DNA of 64,000 nucleotides, taken from assembly GCA_040218735.1 (NCBI GenBank), contig JAVJQW010000067.1, positions 192,001-256,000 on the forward strand, read 5' to 3'. Positions 41,327-51,158 of the stretch are shown in pieces (positions within the stretch are counted from its first letter, which is position 1; each line of letters starts with the position of its first letter). Made by a program: the position numbers and the translations under genes. The notes under the pieces were generated by a model. That model did not search any database, had not been told where the DNA came from, and worked only from the letters and a program-made list of their open reading frames with translations. Source of the DNA: Deltaproteobacteria bacterium. GTDB lineage: Bacteria; Myxococcota; Kuafuiibacteriia; Kuafuiibacteriales; Kuafuiibacteriaceae.

Positions 41327-42783
41327 TCCTCGAAGCGCTGACGTTGCTGGCGATCGCTGCGCCGCACGAGTCCCCCGAGCACGACGCCGCGCCGGCCGCC
41401 GCCGAGAGCGGTGTCGCGGTTCCGGCGAGCGAGGCCTGGCGCTCCGAGCGCCCGAAGGCCGGCGCGCCCAAGCCGCCGAAGCTCCCGAAGTACGACCAGG
41501 CGGTCCTCGACAACGGCCTGACGATCATCGTCGCCGAGGTCGACACGGTGCCGATCGTCTCGTTCTCGCTCGTGACCAAGGGCGGCTCCATGCTCGACCC
41601 CAAGGGCGGCGCCGGGCTCGCGAGCATCACGTACGAGCTGATGGGTGAGAGCACGCAGAAGCTGTCGGCCCTGGAGTTCTCGGACGCGGTGGCGGACCTG
41701 GGCGCTTCGTTTTCGAGTCACGGGGATCGGGATCGCGGGTCGGTGTCGATCAGCGGGCTCGCGAGCAACGCGGACGGGATGCTCGCGCTGCTCGCGGACG
41801 CGGCGCTGCGGCCGCGCTTCGATCCGAAGGACTTCGAGCGGGTGAAGAGCCAGACGATCGCGTCGCTCTTACGGCGGCGCGGCTCGCCGCAGGGGCTCGC
41901 GTTCGAGCAGGTGCCGGCGCTGATCTACGGCGAGGACCACCCGTACGGGCACCCGCCCACCGGGTCCGTCGACTCCGTGCAGACCTTGGATCTCGATGCG
42001 GCGAAGAAGTTCTTCGAGCGGATGATGAGCCCGAAGCACTCGGCGCTCCTCGTCGCCGGGAGCATGCCGCTCGCCGAGGTGAAGGCGCTCGCCGAGAAAC
42101 ACCTCGGGACGTGGAAGCGGGACGTCGAGGCGCTCCCCGAGGTACCGGCGGCGGCGCCCAAGGCGCGCGCGGGGATCGTGTTGATCGACAAACCCGGCGC
42201 GGCGCAGACGATGACGATCATCGGGCGCCCGCTCTTCGAGCGCGGCCACCCGGACGAGGCGGCGCTGACGCTGGCGAACGACGTGTACGGCGGTTCGTTT
42301 GCGTCGCGTCTGAACATGAACCTTCGCGAGGACAAGGCGATCACGTACGGCGCGGGCTCGTCGGCGGCGTTCCGTCAGGGGACGGGGGTGTTCATCGCGT
42401 ACTCGGCGATCCGCGCGGACGCGACGGCGCTCGGCCTGAAGGAGATCTTCGCGGAGCTCGAGGGCATGACGAAGACCCCGCCGACGGAGGAAGAAGTCGG
42501 GCGAGCGCGCGACGCGTTGATCAAGTCGTTGTCCGGGACCTTCGAGCGCAGCGGTGCGATCGCGGGCGCGGCGGCGACGCTGTTCGTGTACGGGCTGCCG
42601 CTCGACTACTACGACAAGATCACCGCGAAGTACGACGCGGCGGATCTCGCGTCGGTGCGCGCGGCGGCGGCGAAGTACTTCGACCCGAGCGTGATGCAGA
42701 TCCTCCTGGTGGGCGACGCGGCGGGCATCGCGATGGAGATCGACAAACTCGGGCTCGGGAAGCTCGAGATGCGAAAGCCGTGA
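41323..42783 (+). CDS. M16B protease, non-catalytic partner subunit
   Basis: LDNGL, SRLNMNLREDKAITYG, no HxxEH. ATGA overlap with the catalytic subunit. Confidence 0.9.
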   Translation: MILEALTLLAIAAPHESPEHDAAPAAAESGVAVPASEAWRSERPKAGAPKPPKLPKYDQAVLDNGLTIIVAEVDTVPIVSFSLVTKGGSMLDPKGGAGLASITYELMGESTQKLSALEFSDAVADLGASFSSHGDRDRGSVSISGLASNADGMLALLADAALRPRFDPKDFERVKSQTIASLLRRRGSPQGLAFEQVPALIYGEDHPYGHPPTGSVDSVQTLDLDAAKKFFERMMSPKHSALLVAGSMPLAEVKALAEKHLGTWKRDVEALPEVPAAAPKARAGIVLIDKPGAAQTMTIIGRPLFERGHPDEAALTLANDVYGGSFASRLNMNLREDKAITYGAGSSAAFRQGTGVFIAYSAIRADATALGLKEIFAELEGMTKTPPTEEEVGRARDALIKSLSGTFERSGAIAGAAATLFVYGLPLDYYDKITAKYDAADLASVRAAAAKYFDPSVMQILLVGDAAGIAMEIDKLGLGKLEMRKP

Positions 42784-42835
42784 CCCTCCGGGGGCCGATT
42801 CGACAGCGCCCCCTGCCCTCTAGTATCCCCGGGAC

Positions 42836-44887
42836 ATGAGGTTGTCGTTCGCGCTCGTCGCCGCGCTGTTCCCCTCCGTCGCGTCTGCGCAGGTCGTCAT
42901 CAGCGAGGTGCAGCCGAACCCCAACGGTTCGGACGCCGCGGAGTGGATCGAGATCCACAACGCGGGCGCGACGGCGGTGTCGATCGCCGGCTGGATCGTG
43001 AACGACTTCGGGCCGTCGACGCCGCGCGAGTACACATTCGGAGCCGGCGTGACGCTCGCGGCGGACGAGGTGATCATCGTGGCGCGGCAGGCCACGGCCT
43101 TCACCATCATGGCGACGACTGAGGCCTTCCCTGTGACCACGGCCGACTTCGAGCTCGCCGACGGCGCGGACGACGTGACGGTCCCGAACCTCGCGGTGAC
43201 GACCGCGGGGACCGGCGGCTTCGCGCTCGGCAACAGCGGCGACGGCGTTCAGCTGCGCGACGACCTCGGCGCGGTGGTGAGCACCGCCGAGTGGGGGTCC
43301 GGGAGGACCGAGGTCCCCGGGACGCCAGCGCCGGGGCCCGCGTCGGGTGAGTCGATCGTCCGCGTCGCCAACTCGGGTGACGCGCAGCTCGACTTCATCG
43401 TCGTCGTGACGCCGACGCCCGGCACCGGGTTCGTGATCCTCCCGAACGTCCCGCCGGTGATCACGGTGCCGCGACGCGCCCCATTCGCGTTGGACCCGGC
43501 CCTCAGTTTCTCGTTGACGGCCACGGTCGTGGACGTCGACGACGGGGTGGCGAGCGTCGTCATGGCGTTCGCCACGGCGGGCGCCCCGACGGGGACCCCG
43601 GGAACGAGCTACTACGACCTGCAGGCCAACTCCGGGGCGGGGTCGGACCTCTATTCGGTGGGCGCGCAGTTGCCCGCGACGATGGTGACCGACTTCAACG
43701 AGCTGTACGTTCGGGTCTTCGTGCGCGCGACGGATGCGGGCGGCACGGTGACGACGTCGCCGCCGGGCGCCAACTCGGCCCCCTCGAACCCGAGCTTCTA
43801 CTGGGAGAACTTCCTGCCCGCCGGGCTCGTCACGCCGATCGCGACGGCCCGCGACCAGGACGTCAGCGAGGTTCCGCTCTGGGATGGGCACAGCGTCCGG
43901 GTGGAGGGGGTCGCGCTGACGACGAACGAGGCGTTCGACAACGGCAGCACCAACTTCTTCATCGCCGACACCACGACCATCGACGCGATCCGGGTCTTCG
44001 ACTTCTCGACGCCGACGCCGATCGCGCCGGGGGATCTGGTGCGGGTGGTCGGGAAGGTCGGTGTGTTCCGCGGCGTGCGGCAGATCGGTCAGGACGAGCG
44101 CGCGGATCAGATGAGCGTCTTCGGCCCGGAGGTCGAGGTCACGGTGATCGGCAGCGCGACGGTCCCGGTGCGGTCGCTGACGATCGCGCAGCTGCTCGCG
44201 AGCGCCGAGACCTACGAGTCGCAGCTCGTCGAGATCGCAGACGTCAGCGTGACCGACGGGACCACGACCTGGCCGAGCGACGGCAACGTGGACGTGAGCG
44301 ACGGGACGGGCGCGCTCGTGGTGCGCAGCGTCGCCGCGACGGACCTGCCCGGAAACGGCATCGCGCCAGGGCCGTTCCTGCTCCGCGGGATCTTCACGCA
44401 GTTCGCGCCCGGCGGGACGGGCGGGTATCAGCTCCAGCCGCGCTCGGCCGCGGACGTCGTTCCGAACAACCCGATCGTGGACGGCGGCGTCCCCGACGGC
44501 GGCAACGGCCGCGACGGTGGGATCGGCCGCGACGGTGGCGCCCCGGGGATGCGGGACGGCGGTGATCCGCGCGACGGTGGCCCCCCGGGGATGCGGGACG
44601 GCGGTGCTCCGCGCGACGGCGGAGGTGCGCCGCGCGACGGTGGTGGTGGTGTGCCCCGCGACGGCGGCGCTGCGGCGCGCGACGGCGGCTTCCGCGACGG
44701 CGGGCCTGGCGCGGTGCGCGACGGCGGCGCCGAGGTGCCCCGCGACGCCGGTGTCCGGGTCATCGTGGGCGGCGAGCGCGAGTCGGGCGGCTGCGGCTGC
44801 ACGACGCACGAGAAGCGCGGCGGCGCGCCCTGGTTTGCGTTGATTGGCGTCTTCTGGCTGGTCCGACGACGACGACCGCACGTTTGA
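42836..44887 (+). CDS. Surface protein: lamin-tail domain + OB-fold-like modules + RDGG repeat stalk + MYXO-CTERM-like tail
   Basis: 'VVISEVQPNP...EWIEIHN', 'LGNSGD', 'GDLVRVVGKV', 'YESQLVEI', 'YQLQPRS..D', then GGCGC-TM-RRRR. Confidence 0.75.
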   Translation: MRLSFALVAALFPSVASAQVVISEVQPNPNGSDAAEWIEIHNAGATAVSIAGWIVNDFGPSTPREYTFGAGVTLAADEVIIVARQATAFTIMATTEAFPVTTADFELADGADDVTVPNLAVTTAGTGGFALGNSGDGVQLRDDLGAVVSTAEWGSGRTEVPGTPAPGPASGESIVRVANSGDAQLDFIVVVTPTPGTGFVILPNVPPVITVPRRAPFALDPALSFSLTATVVDVDDGVASVVMAFATAGAPTGTPGTSYYDLQANSGAGSDLYSVGAQLPATMVTDFNELYVRVFVRATDAGGTVTTSPPGANSAPSNPSFYWENFLPAGLVTPIATARDQDVSEVPLWDGHSVRVEGVALTTNEAFDNGSTNFFIADTTTIDAIRVFDFSTPTPIAPGDLVRVVGKVGVFRGVRQIGQDERADQMSVFGPEVEVTVIGSATVPVRSLTIAQLLASAETYESQLVEIADVSVTDGTTTWPSDGNVDVSDGTGALVVRSVAATDLPGNGIAPGPFLLRGIFTQFAPGGTGGYQLQPRSAADVVPNNPIVDGGVPDGGNGRDGGIGRDGGAPGMRDGGDPRDGGPPGMRDGGAPRDGGGAPRDGGGGVPRDGGAAARDGGFRDGGPGAVRDGGAEVPRDAGVRVIVGGERESGGCGCTTHEKRGGAPWFALIGVFWLVRRRRPHV

Positions 44888-45012
44888 CGCCCGCGCTCGG
44901 GCCCCTACCCTCCTCCACATTGGCGCGCGGCGGCCGATTCCTTCATGCTGTACGCAGCAACGGGAACATCCGTACCGCGCTCACCGGTTGAAGGTTCCGT
45001 AGGAGGCTCGAT

Positions 45013-46704
45013 TTGAAGCTCGCACCCGTCGTATCCGCACTCGCCGTCGCCCTCGCGACCCCCGCCTTCGCGTCCCCGCCGGCGCAGATCCTCGTCGACA
45101 TGGTCGACGACACCGACGACGCGGACGAAGCCGCCCTCGAGGCCAAGCTCGACGGGCTGGACCTCCGCCTCAACTCCATCCACGCGGCCGACGAGCGGTT
45201 CTTCATCGCCGACGTCGACCCATCGCGCCTGCAGGACTACCTCGACCGCCTGAAGGGCGACCCGCGCGTCGAACACGCCGAGCCGAACTTCATCTACGGG
45301 CTCCCCGAAAACGAGATGGCGCAGACGTTCGAGATGAACGCCGCGCCAACGCGCGGCCCCAAGCCGCCGAACGACCCCCTCTGGGACAAGCAGTGGTCGT
45401 TTAGGATGATCGACGTGCAGTCGGCGTGGGAGACCACGCAGGGTGAAGGTGTCGTCGTCGCGGTCATCGACACCGGCGTCGCGTTCGAGGACCACAAGAA
45501 GTTCAAGCAGGTCGAGGACCTCGCGGGCACGCAGTTCGTGACCGGCTACGACTTCATCAAGGACACCGAGCACCCCAACGACGACCACGGTCACGGCACC
45601 CACGTCGCGGGGACGATCGCGCAGACCACGAACAACGGCGTCGGCGTCGCGGGCATCGCGCCCAAGGCGAAGATCATGCCGCTGAAGGTCCTGTCCAAGT
45701 ACGGCTCGGGCAGCGCGGCGGACATCGCGGACGCGATCCGCTTCGCGGCCGACGAGGGCGCGCACGTCATCAACATGTCGCTCGGTGGCGGGATGCGCTC
45801 GTTCGTCATGCAGTCGGCGGTCGCCTACGCGCGCAAGAAGGGCGTCGTCGTCGTCTGCGCGGCGGGCAACACCGGCCGCGGCAAGGTGGAGTTCCCGGCG
45901 GCCTACCCCGGCTCGTTCGCGGTGAGCTCGGTCGGCCCGTCGAAGAAGAAGGCCTACTACTCGAGCTACGGCAAGCAGATCGCGGTGTCCGCGCCGGGCG
46001 GTGACAAGCAGAGCCACGGCGAAGAGGGCGGCATCCTGCAGAACACGATCACGCCGAACGCGCCCGGCAACCCGAAGCAGTACCTCTCCTTCCAGGGCAC
46101 CTCGATGGCGGCGCCGCACGTCGCGGGCGTCGCGGCGCTGGTGATCGGCGCGGGCGTGACCGACCCCTCGAAGGTCGAAGCGATCCTCAAGGACACGGCG
46201 ACGAGCGTCGGCGGCTCTTGGAACAACGAGTACGGCCACGGCATCGTGAACGCGGGCGCGGCGGTCACGGCCGCGAAGTCGGCGAAGAGCGGCCTGTGGG
46301 CCTATCTGTCCGGCCTGCTCGCGTTCGGCGCGTTCTTCATCGGCCAGCGGAAGAAGCTCGCGGGCCTCGGCCTGGCGGGCGCCGCCGGCGCGGTGTTGGC
46401 GACGCCGATGGCCAACCTCGACCTCCTCGCCTTCGGCCCTACCTTCCACTTCTCGGCGCTGTGGGCCTCGGCGGTCCCGATGTTCGTGGCGACGGTGCTC
46501 CTGCTCGGCGTGAAGCGCCTGCGCGGCGTGCTGATCGGCCTGTCGGTCGGCTGGGCGGCCTACCTCGGCCTCAGCGCGATCTGCATGCCCGCGGACGTGT
46601 TGTTCATCCCGGGCGTCGCGTCGGTCCTCGACCGCGCCTGGCTGCTGATCAACGCGGGCGCCCTGACGATGCTGGCGCTCGTGACCGCCCGCGTCCGGCG
46701 CTGA
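45013..46704 (+). CDS. S8 subtilisin-like serine protease with C-terminal membrane domain
   Basis: Catalytic triad VIDTG / HGTHVAG / GTSMAAPH. AGGAGG RBS before a TTG start. Several C-terminal TM helices. Confidence 0.93.
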   Translation: MKLAPVVSALAVALATPAFASPPAQILVDMVDDTDDADEAALEAKLDGLDLRLNSIHAADERFFIADVDPSRLQDYLDRLKGDPRVEHAEPNFIYGLPENEMAQTFEMNAAPTRGPKPPNDPLWDKQWSFRMIDVQSAWETTQGEGVVVAVIDTGVAFEDHKKFKQVEDLAGTQFVTGYDFIKDTEHPNDDHGHGTHVAGTIAQTTNNGVGVAGIAPKAKIMPLKVLSKYGSGSAADIADAIRFAADEGAHVINMSLGGGMRSFVMQSAVAYARKKGVVVVCAAGNTGRGKVEFPAAYPGSFAVSSVGPSKKKAYYSSYGKQIAVSAPGGDKQSHGEEGGILQNTITPNAPGNPKQYLSFQGTSMAAPHVAGVAALVIGAGVTDPSKVEAILKDTATSVGGSWNNEYGHGIVNAGAAVTAAKSAKSGLWAYLSGLLAFGAFFIGQRKKLAGLGLAGAAGAVLATPMANLDLLAFGPTFHFSALWASAVPMFVATVLLLGVKRLRGVLIGLSVGWAAYLGLSAICMPADVLFIPGVASVLDRAWLLINAGALTMLALVTARVRR

Positions 46705-47024
46705 ACCTACATTTCCCCCGCCTCACCCCGAAACGCGCCTGGCCTGGGCCGGTTGGCCCCCTTGCGGACGCCCCCCGACTTGGTTCGTAATGGAGGGACA
46801 GAGAGAGACGTGAATTTTCAGCCACACTACGAGGACGCCGCGCGTCACCGATGATGCGGCGGAGCTTCGACGCTCGAGTGGCCATGAGAGCGTAGGAGGT
46901 TGGAGGGACGGTCGAGTCGAACATCCAGAGCAAATCAACACGAAGAAACGATGAAGACTAGCCGCTCTGTGCGGCGCCAGCGGCCGATGGAGGCGCTGGC
47001 AACATGTACGAAGAAGAAAATTCC

Positions 47025-47065
47025 ACGGGGCGCGCCTGACGAGGTCGCGCCCCGTTCGTTTTTTT
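47025..47065 (+). terminator. Rho-independent terminator
   Basis: ACGGGGCGCG...CGCGCCCCGT stem followed by TCGTTTTTTT. Confidence 0.7.
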
Positions 47066-47082
47066 CGGCATACTCGCCGCGC

Positions 47083-48348
47083 GTGCCCAACGCACCGCTC
47101 CTGCTCTACACGCACCCCGACTCCGGCGAGCTCTTCTCGCGGCGGTGGCGTCTGTTCGTCGTCGACGGCGCCGACCGCGGCGCGACCGCCGACATCGACG
47201 ACACACCCGCGCTGATCGGCGCGGCGCCCGCGTCGTCGCTCGTACTCACCGACGACACCGTCTCGCGCTACCACGCGGAGATCGACGTCTTCGCCGAGGG
47301 CCTCCGCGTGCGGGACCTCGACTCCACCAACGGCACGTTCGCGGCGCCCGAGGACGGCGAGGAGTCCGACGAGCGCATCCGCGACGCCTTCATCGAAAAC
47401 GGCGGCGCCTTCCGCGTCGGGCGCACGACGATCCGCCTCATCGCGGTCGACGAGCCTGCCGCCTCGGAGATCGAGACGGATCCCCACATGGCGCCGCCCG
47501 GCGCGGTCGAGCGCTTCGGGCCCCTCGTCGGTGTCTCGGCCGCGACGCGCGAGATCTTCCGCGTGGTCCGCAAGGTCGCGCCCTCCTCCAGCGCCGTGTT
47601 GCTGGAGGGCGAGGTCGGCACCGGCAAGGCCCACCTCGCGTACGAGCTGCACCGCCGCTCGACGCGCCGCGAGCAGCCGTACATCACGCTCGACCTCACG
47701 ACCACGCCGCCCGACGAGCTCTCCAACGCGCTCTTCGGCGAGACCAACGGCGCCGCCCCGCGCCTCGGCCTCTTCGAACGCGCCAACCACGGCACACTCT
47801 TCATCGAGCACATCGAAGAGCTCCCGCCCGCGCTGCAACCTCGCATGCGGAGCGTCATCGAGCGCGGTGAGCTGCGCCGCAACGGCGACAAACGCACGCG
47901 ACGCATCGACGTCCGCTGCCTCACCTCCACGACCGTTCGCCTCCAGCAGACGTCGTTCGACCCGGGGCTCTACCGGCGCATCTCCGTCGTCCGCCTCAAG
48001 GTGCCCCCGCTCCGCGCGCGCCTCGACGACGCCGCGGCGATCGTGAACCACATCCTGAAGCGCGACCGGAACGCGGACCTCTCGATCGGCCCGAAGACCC
48101 GAGGCCTGCTCGACACCCAGCGCTTCGACAAGAACACCAAGGACGCCGCGCGCCTCGCGAGCCGCCTCGTCGCGTTGGAGCCGATGCGGCTGGAGGGCTT
48201 CGACGGCCTCTTCGTCGCCGCCTTCCTCCAGGACGTCCTCGCCGAGGAGCGCGGGCGTGTCTCGCGCGCTGCGAGCCTATGCGGGATCCGAGACCGCGAG
48301 ATGTTCCGCCTCCTCAACGCGTACGGCATCGAGCTGGACGAGCTGTGA
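47083..48348 (+). CDS. FHA + degenerate sigma54-activator-like protein
   Basis: FHA (VSRYHA, STNGT) and Walker A GEVGTGK. No GAFTGA, and Walker B reads FIEH. GTG start is inferred. Confidence 0.75.
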   Translation: MPNAPLLLYTHPDSGELFSRRWRLFVVDGADRGATADIDDTPALIGAAPASSLVLTDDTVSRYHAEIDVFAEGLRVRDLDSTNGTFAAPEDGEESDERIRDAFIENGGAFRVGRTTIRLIAVDEPAASEIETDPHMAPPGAVERFGPLVGVSAATREIFRVVRKVAPSSSAVLLEGEVGTGKAHLAYELHRRSTRREQPYITLDLTTTPPDELSNALFGETNGAAPRLGLFERANHGTLFIEHIEELPPALQPRMRSVIERGELRRNGDKRTRRIDVRCLTSTTVRLQQTSFDPGLYRRISVVRLKVPPLRARLDDAAAIVNHILKRDRNADLSIGPKTRGLLDTQRFDKNTKDAARLASRLVALEPMRLEGFDGLFVAAFLQDVLAEERGRVSRAASLCGIRDREMFRLLNAYGIELDEL

Positions 48349-48388
48349 CGCCCGCCCCTTTGATTGACCGCACCCGGCCGTGCCTACG

Positions 48389-49489
48389 ATGGCCCTCGTG
48401 ATCGACCGCCGTCGCGTCCTCCTCCCCCTCGTCCTGTTCGCGCTGGCCTCCTTCGCCTTCCTCCCCGACGCCTGGGCGGCCGCCAAGAGCGGGGCCGCCG
48501 GCGCGGCGTTCGTCAAATCCACATCGCTCATCGGTCCCCTCGGGATCTGTCCCCTCCTCGCGCTCGGAGCGCTGGGGGTCGCGGCGGCGAGCGGCCTGTG
48601 GGTGCCGCCGGAGGGCCTCGAGTTCCTCGCCCACCCGGCGGCGATCGTCTTGCTGCTGGTCTTCGGGGCGCTGATTCAGTTCGGCCGCAGCGCCAAACTC
48701 ACGAAGCCCATCGCCGAGGCGCTCGGCACCGGAGAGTCGCTCGTCGCGATCCTCGCGGTCGGCCTCCTCATGGTCCCGCACTTCTCCACGCCCGCCTGGG
48801 CGACGGCGGGCCTCGCCGACGGCGCGCTGATGCTCACGGCGGGTCTGATGTCCGTGACGGCGGTGATCGTCCTGCGCACCGCCCTGGACGTGATGACCTG
48901 GCTGACGCCGATCCCCTTCGTCGACGCCGTCCTCCAGGTCATCAAGGCGCTCGTGACGGTCGGCTTCGTGCTCCTCGCGGTCTTCTTCCCGAAGATCGCG
49001 ATCGCGCTGAACCTCGCGCTCCTCGTCGCGACGTTCTTCCTCCTCCGCTGGGCCGTGCGCACCACGCGCTTCGGGCTCAACATCGCGTGGGACCTCACGT
49101 TCGGCCGCTTCTCGCGGGACACCGAGCTGCCCCGCGACGAGGTCGTCCCGGAGGACCTCGGGCCCTTCAAGGTGTTCGTGCTCGACGTCGACGGCGTGAA
49201 GCGCCGCGCCGAGGGGGTCCTGCACCTCGACGCCGGCCGGTGGTTCCTCGACCTCCCTCGCTTCGCCAAGGCGCCGCGCACGATCCGCATGGGTGAGGGT
49301 GAAAAGGGGGGCCTGAAGCGCACGCTCAAGGGCGCGGAGCTGAAGCTCGCCGGCGGCACCGTGCTCCTCCCCCCGAGGTACAACCCGATCCTCGACGCGC
49401 TCGTCGCGGACACGGCGCTCGTCGTGGACGCGCCGCCGGCCGCGGGCGCGGGTCAGCCCCGACGCCAACCGATCGCCGCCGCCCACTGA
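48389..49489 (+). CDS. Integral membrane protein (DUF4126-like) with soluble C-terminal domain
   Basis: Multiple TM helices and 'W.TPIPFVD'. The family call is tentative. Confidence 0.6.
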   Translation: MALVIDRRRVLLPLVLFALASFAFLPDAWAAAKSGAAGAAFVKSTSLIGPLGICPLLALGALGVAAASGLWVPPEGLEFLAHPAAIVLLLVFGALIQFGRSAKLTKPIAEALGTGESLVAILAVGLLMVPHFSTPAWATAGLADGALMLTAGLMSVTAVIVLRTALDVMTWLTPIPFVDAVLQVIKALVTVGFVLLAVFFPKIAIALNLALLVATFFLLRWAVRTTRFGLNIAWDLTFGRFSRDTELPRDEVVPEDLGPFKVFVLDVDGVKRRAEGVLHLDAGRWFLDLPRFAKAPRTIRMGEGEKGGLKRTLKGAELKLAGGTVLLPPRYNPILDALVADTALVVDAPPAAGAGQPRRQPIAAAH

Positions 49490-49530
49490 CGTTTGCCAAG
49501 CGCCGCCCGTCGTCGGTATGGACGACACCG

Positions 49531-50619
49531 ATGCGCCGCATCCCGTACATCGTCCTCCTCTTCGCAGCCGCCGCCTGCAGCGGGAGCAACAACAACGACG
49601 ACGACAACGTCGAACCGATGGACGCCGGCACCTCGTTCGACGCCACCGTCCGCGACGCGGGTCCCCGCGACGGCGGACCGGATCGCACCGCGGACGCCGG
49701 CTTCGCGGATCCGTCGCTCATCCTCCAGGGCAGCGAGCGGGTCCTCGGCGCAAAGGCGTACATGGAGGTGCGCGGCACGCTCACGTCGACGATGCCGCCG
49801 GTCCTCTTCCTCGCGACCGGACCGTTGGTCGGGCTCGAGTACCTCGTGGAGCCGTTCCGCTTCCTGCTCGGGCCGGGCGGTGTCGAGGATCCCGACCGTC
49901 TGCTGATCTTCGCGGACCTTCGTGCCGTGGGTCGCAGCAGCTTCGGCTCGACGGGCACCGCGACCGTGTCGTTCGAAAACCACCTGATCGACATGGACAA
50001 CTACCTGCTGCACCTCGAGGACCGCCTCGGGATCAGCGGGCCGTACGATCTGGTCGGTCACGGCTACGGCGGCGCGCTCGCCGCGCACTTCCAGGTGCAG
50101 CACCCCGAGAAGGTGAGCCGCATCGTGCTCGTGAACCCGTTCCCGACGGACATTTCGGAGCTCGCCGAGTCGAACGCGGAGGCCGACGATCGCCTCACGT
50201 CGCCGGATCGGATCCGGCTGCAGCAGCTGACGATGTGGCAGGTGTGTTTCAGGGATCTGAACCGCTGCTCGCTCGAGGTCTGGCGGGTCCGCGGCAAACA
50301 CTATCTGTGTCCCGACAAGATCGCGCTCTTCGACACGATGCAGTTCGAGTACGCCGACGTGCGGGCGTTCTTCTTCCACGTCGAGCCGCGCCTGCGCGAG
50401 GCGATGTACGACTGGGCGGACGTGCTGCCGCAGGTCTCCGCGCCCACCACGATGATCACCGGCGCGTGTGACACGCAGCCGCCGCGGACGTTCGATCGGT
50501 GGGAGTCGTTCGTGCCGAACCTCGAGCGCCACGACCTGTCCGAGAGCGGTCACTTCCCGATGATCGAGGAGCCGGACCGCTTCCGTTGGCTCGTCAAACG
50601 TGCTCTGACCTACCCATGA
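49531..50619 (+). CDS. Alpha/beta-hydrolase-fold lipoprotein lacking the nucleophilic Ser
   Basis: Lipobox AAAC, DLRAVGRS, GHGYGG elbow, GACD and SGHFP. Confidence 0.8.
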   Translation: MRRIPYIVLLFAAAACSGSNNNDDDNVEPMDAGTSFDATVRDAGPRDGGPDRTADAGFADPSLILQGSERVLGAKAYMEVRGTLTSTMPPVLFLATGPLVGLEYLVEPFRFLLGPGGVEDPDRLLIFADLRAVGRSSFGSTGTATVSFENHLIDMDNYLLHLEDRLGISGPYDLVGHGYGGALAAHFQVQHPEKVSRIVLVNPFPTDISELAESNAEADDRLTSPDRIRLQQLTMWQVCFRDLNRCSLEVWRVRGKHYLCPDKIALFDTMQFEYADVRAFFFHVEPRLREAMYDWADVLPQVSAPTTMITGACDTQPPRTFDRWESFVPNLERHDLSESGHFPMIEEPDRFRWLVKRALTYP

Positions 50620-51107
50620 CGATCGAAGACGGTACGTACCGCTTCGTCGCGAGCGCTTCCCGCGCGACCGTCGTGGCGGACGCCCCCGGTCACAAGTTCC
50701 GCGCGACGGGCGACGGCCTGGAGGGGACGGCGCGGGTCGAAGGCGGGCAGGTCGTCGAGGCCGAGGCCACGTTCCCGCTGTGGCACCTCGACGCCGGGGA
50801 CATGCTCTCGAACCGCGAGATGAAGAAGTTCCTCGACCTGCCGCGGCGCCCGTCGGTGCGCGGCAAGCTCGCGGCGCCGGTCGCGGTCGAGGGCGGGCGT
50901 GGGAAGGGGCGCGTCGAGGTCGAGCTGCAGGGCCGCCCGACGAAGCCGATCGACGTCACGTTCGACGTGAAGGGGATGAACGTCACCCTTCACCTGCAGG
51001 CGAGTTTCTCTGCATTCGGGCACAAACCGCCCAAGCTGCTGTTCATCAAGGTCAAGGACGACTTCGATCTGACCCTGGACTGCCAGATCCAACGCGCGGA
51101 CGCCTGA
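50616..51107 (+). CDS. YceI-like protein
   Basis: ATGA overlap with the upstream gene. 'LDAGD..SNREM' and 'FSAFGHKPPKLLFIKVKD' match the YceI pattern. Confidence 0.65.
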   Translation: MTIEDGTYRFVASASRATVVADAPGHKFRATGDGLEGTARVEGGQVVEAEATFPLWHLDAGDMLSNREMKKFLDLPRRPSVRGKLAAPVAVEGGRGKGRVEVELQGRPTKPIDVTFDVKGMNVTLHLQASFSAFGHKPPKLLFIKVKDDFDLTLDCQIQRADA

Positions 51108-51158
51108 CCGACCATTCGCGCTTTTCGATGGGCGCGGCCTCCGCTAGGCTCTGACCCC

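Noticed and set aside
39956-42783. Second M16 gene lacking HxxEH as a pseudogene or novelty
   Set aside because: Active plus inactive subunit pairs are the established M16B heterodimer arrangement.
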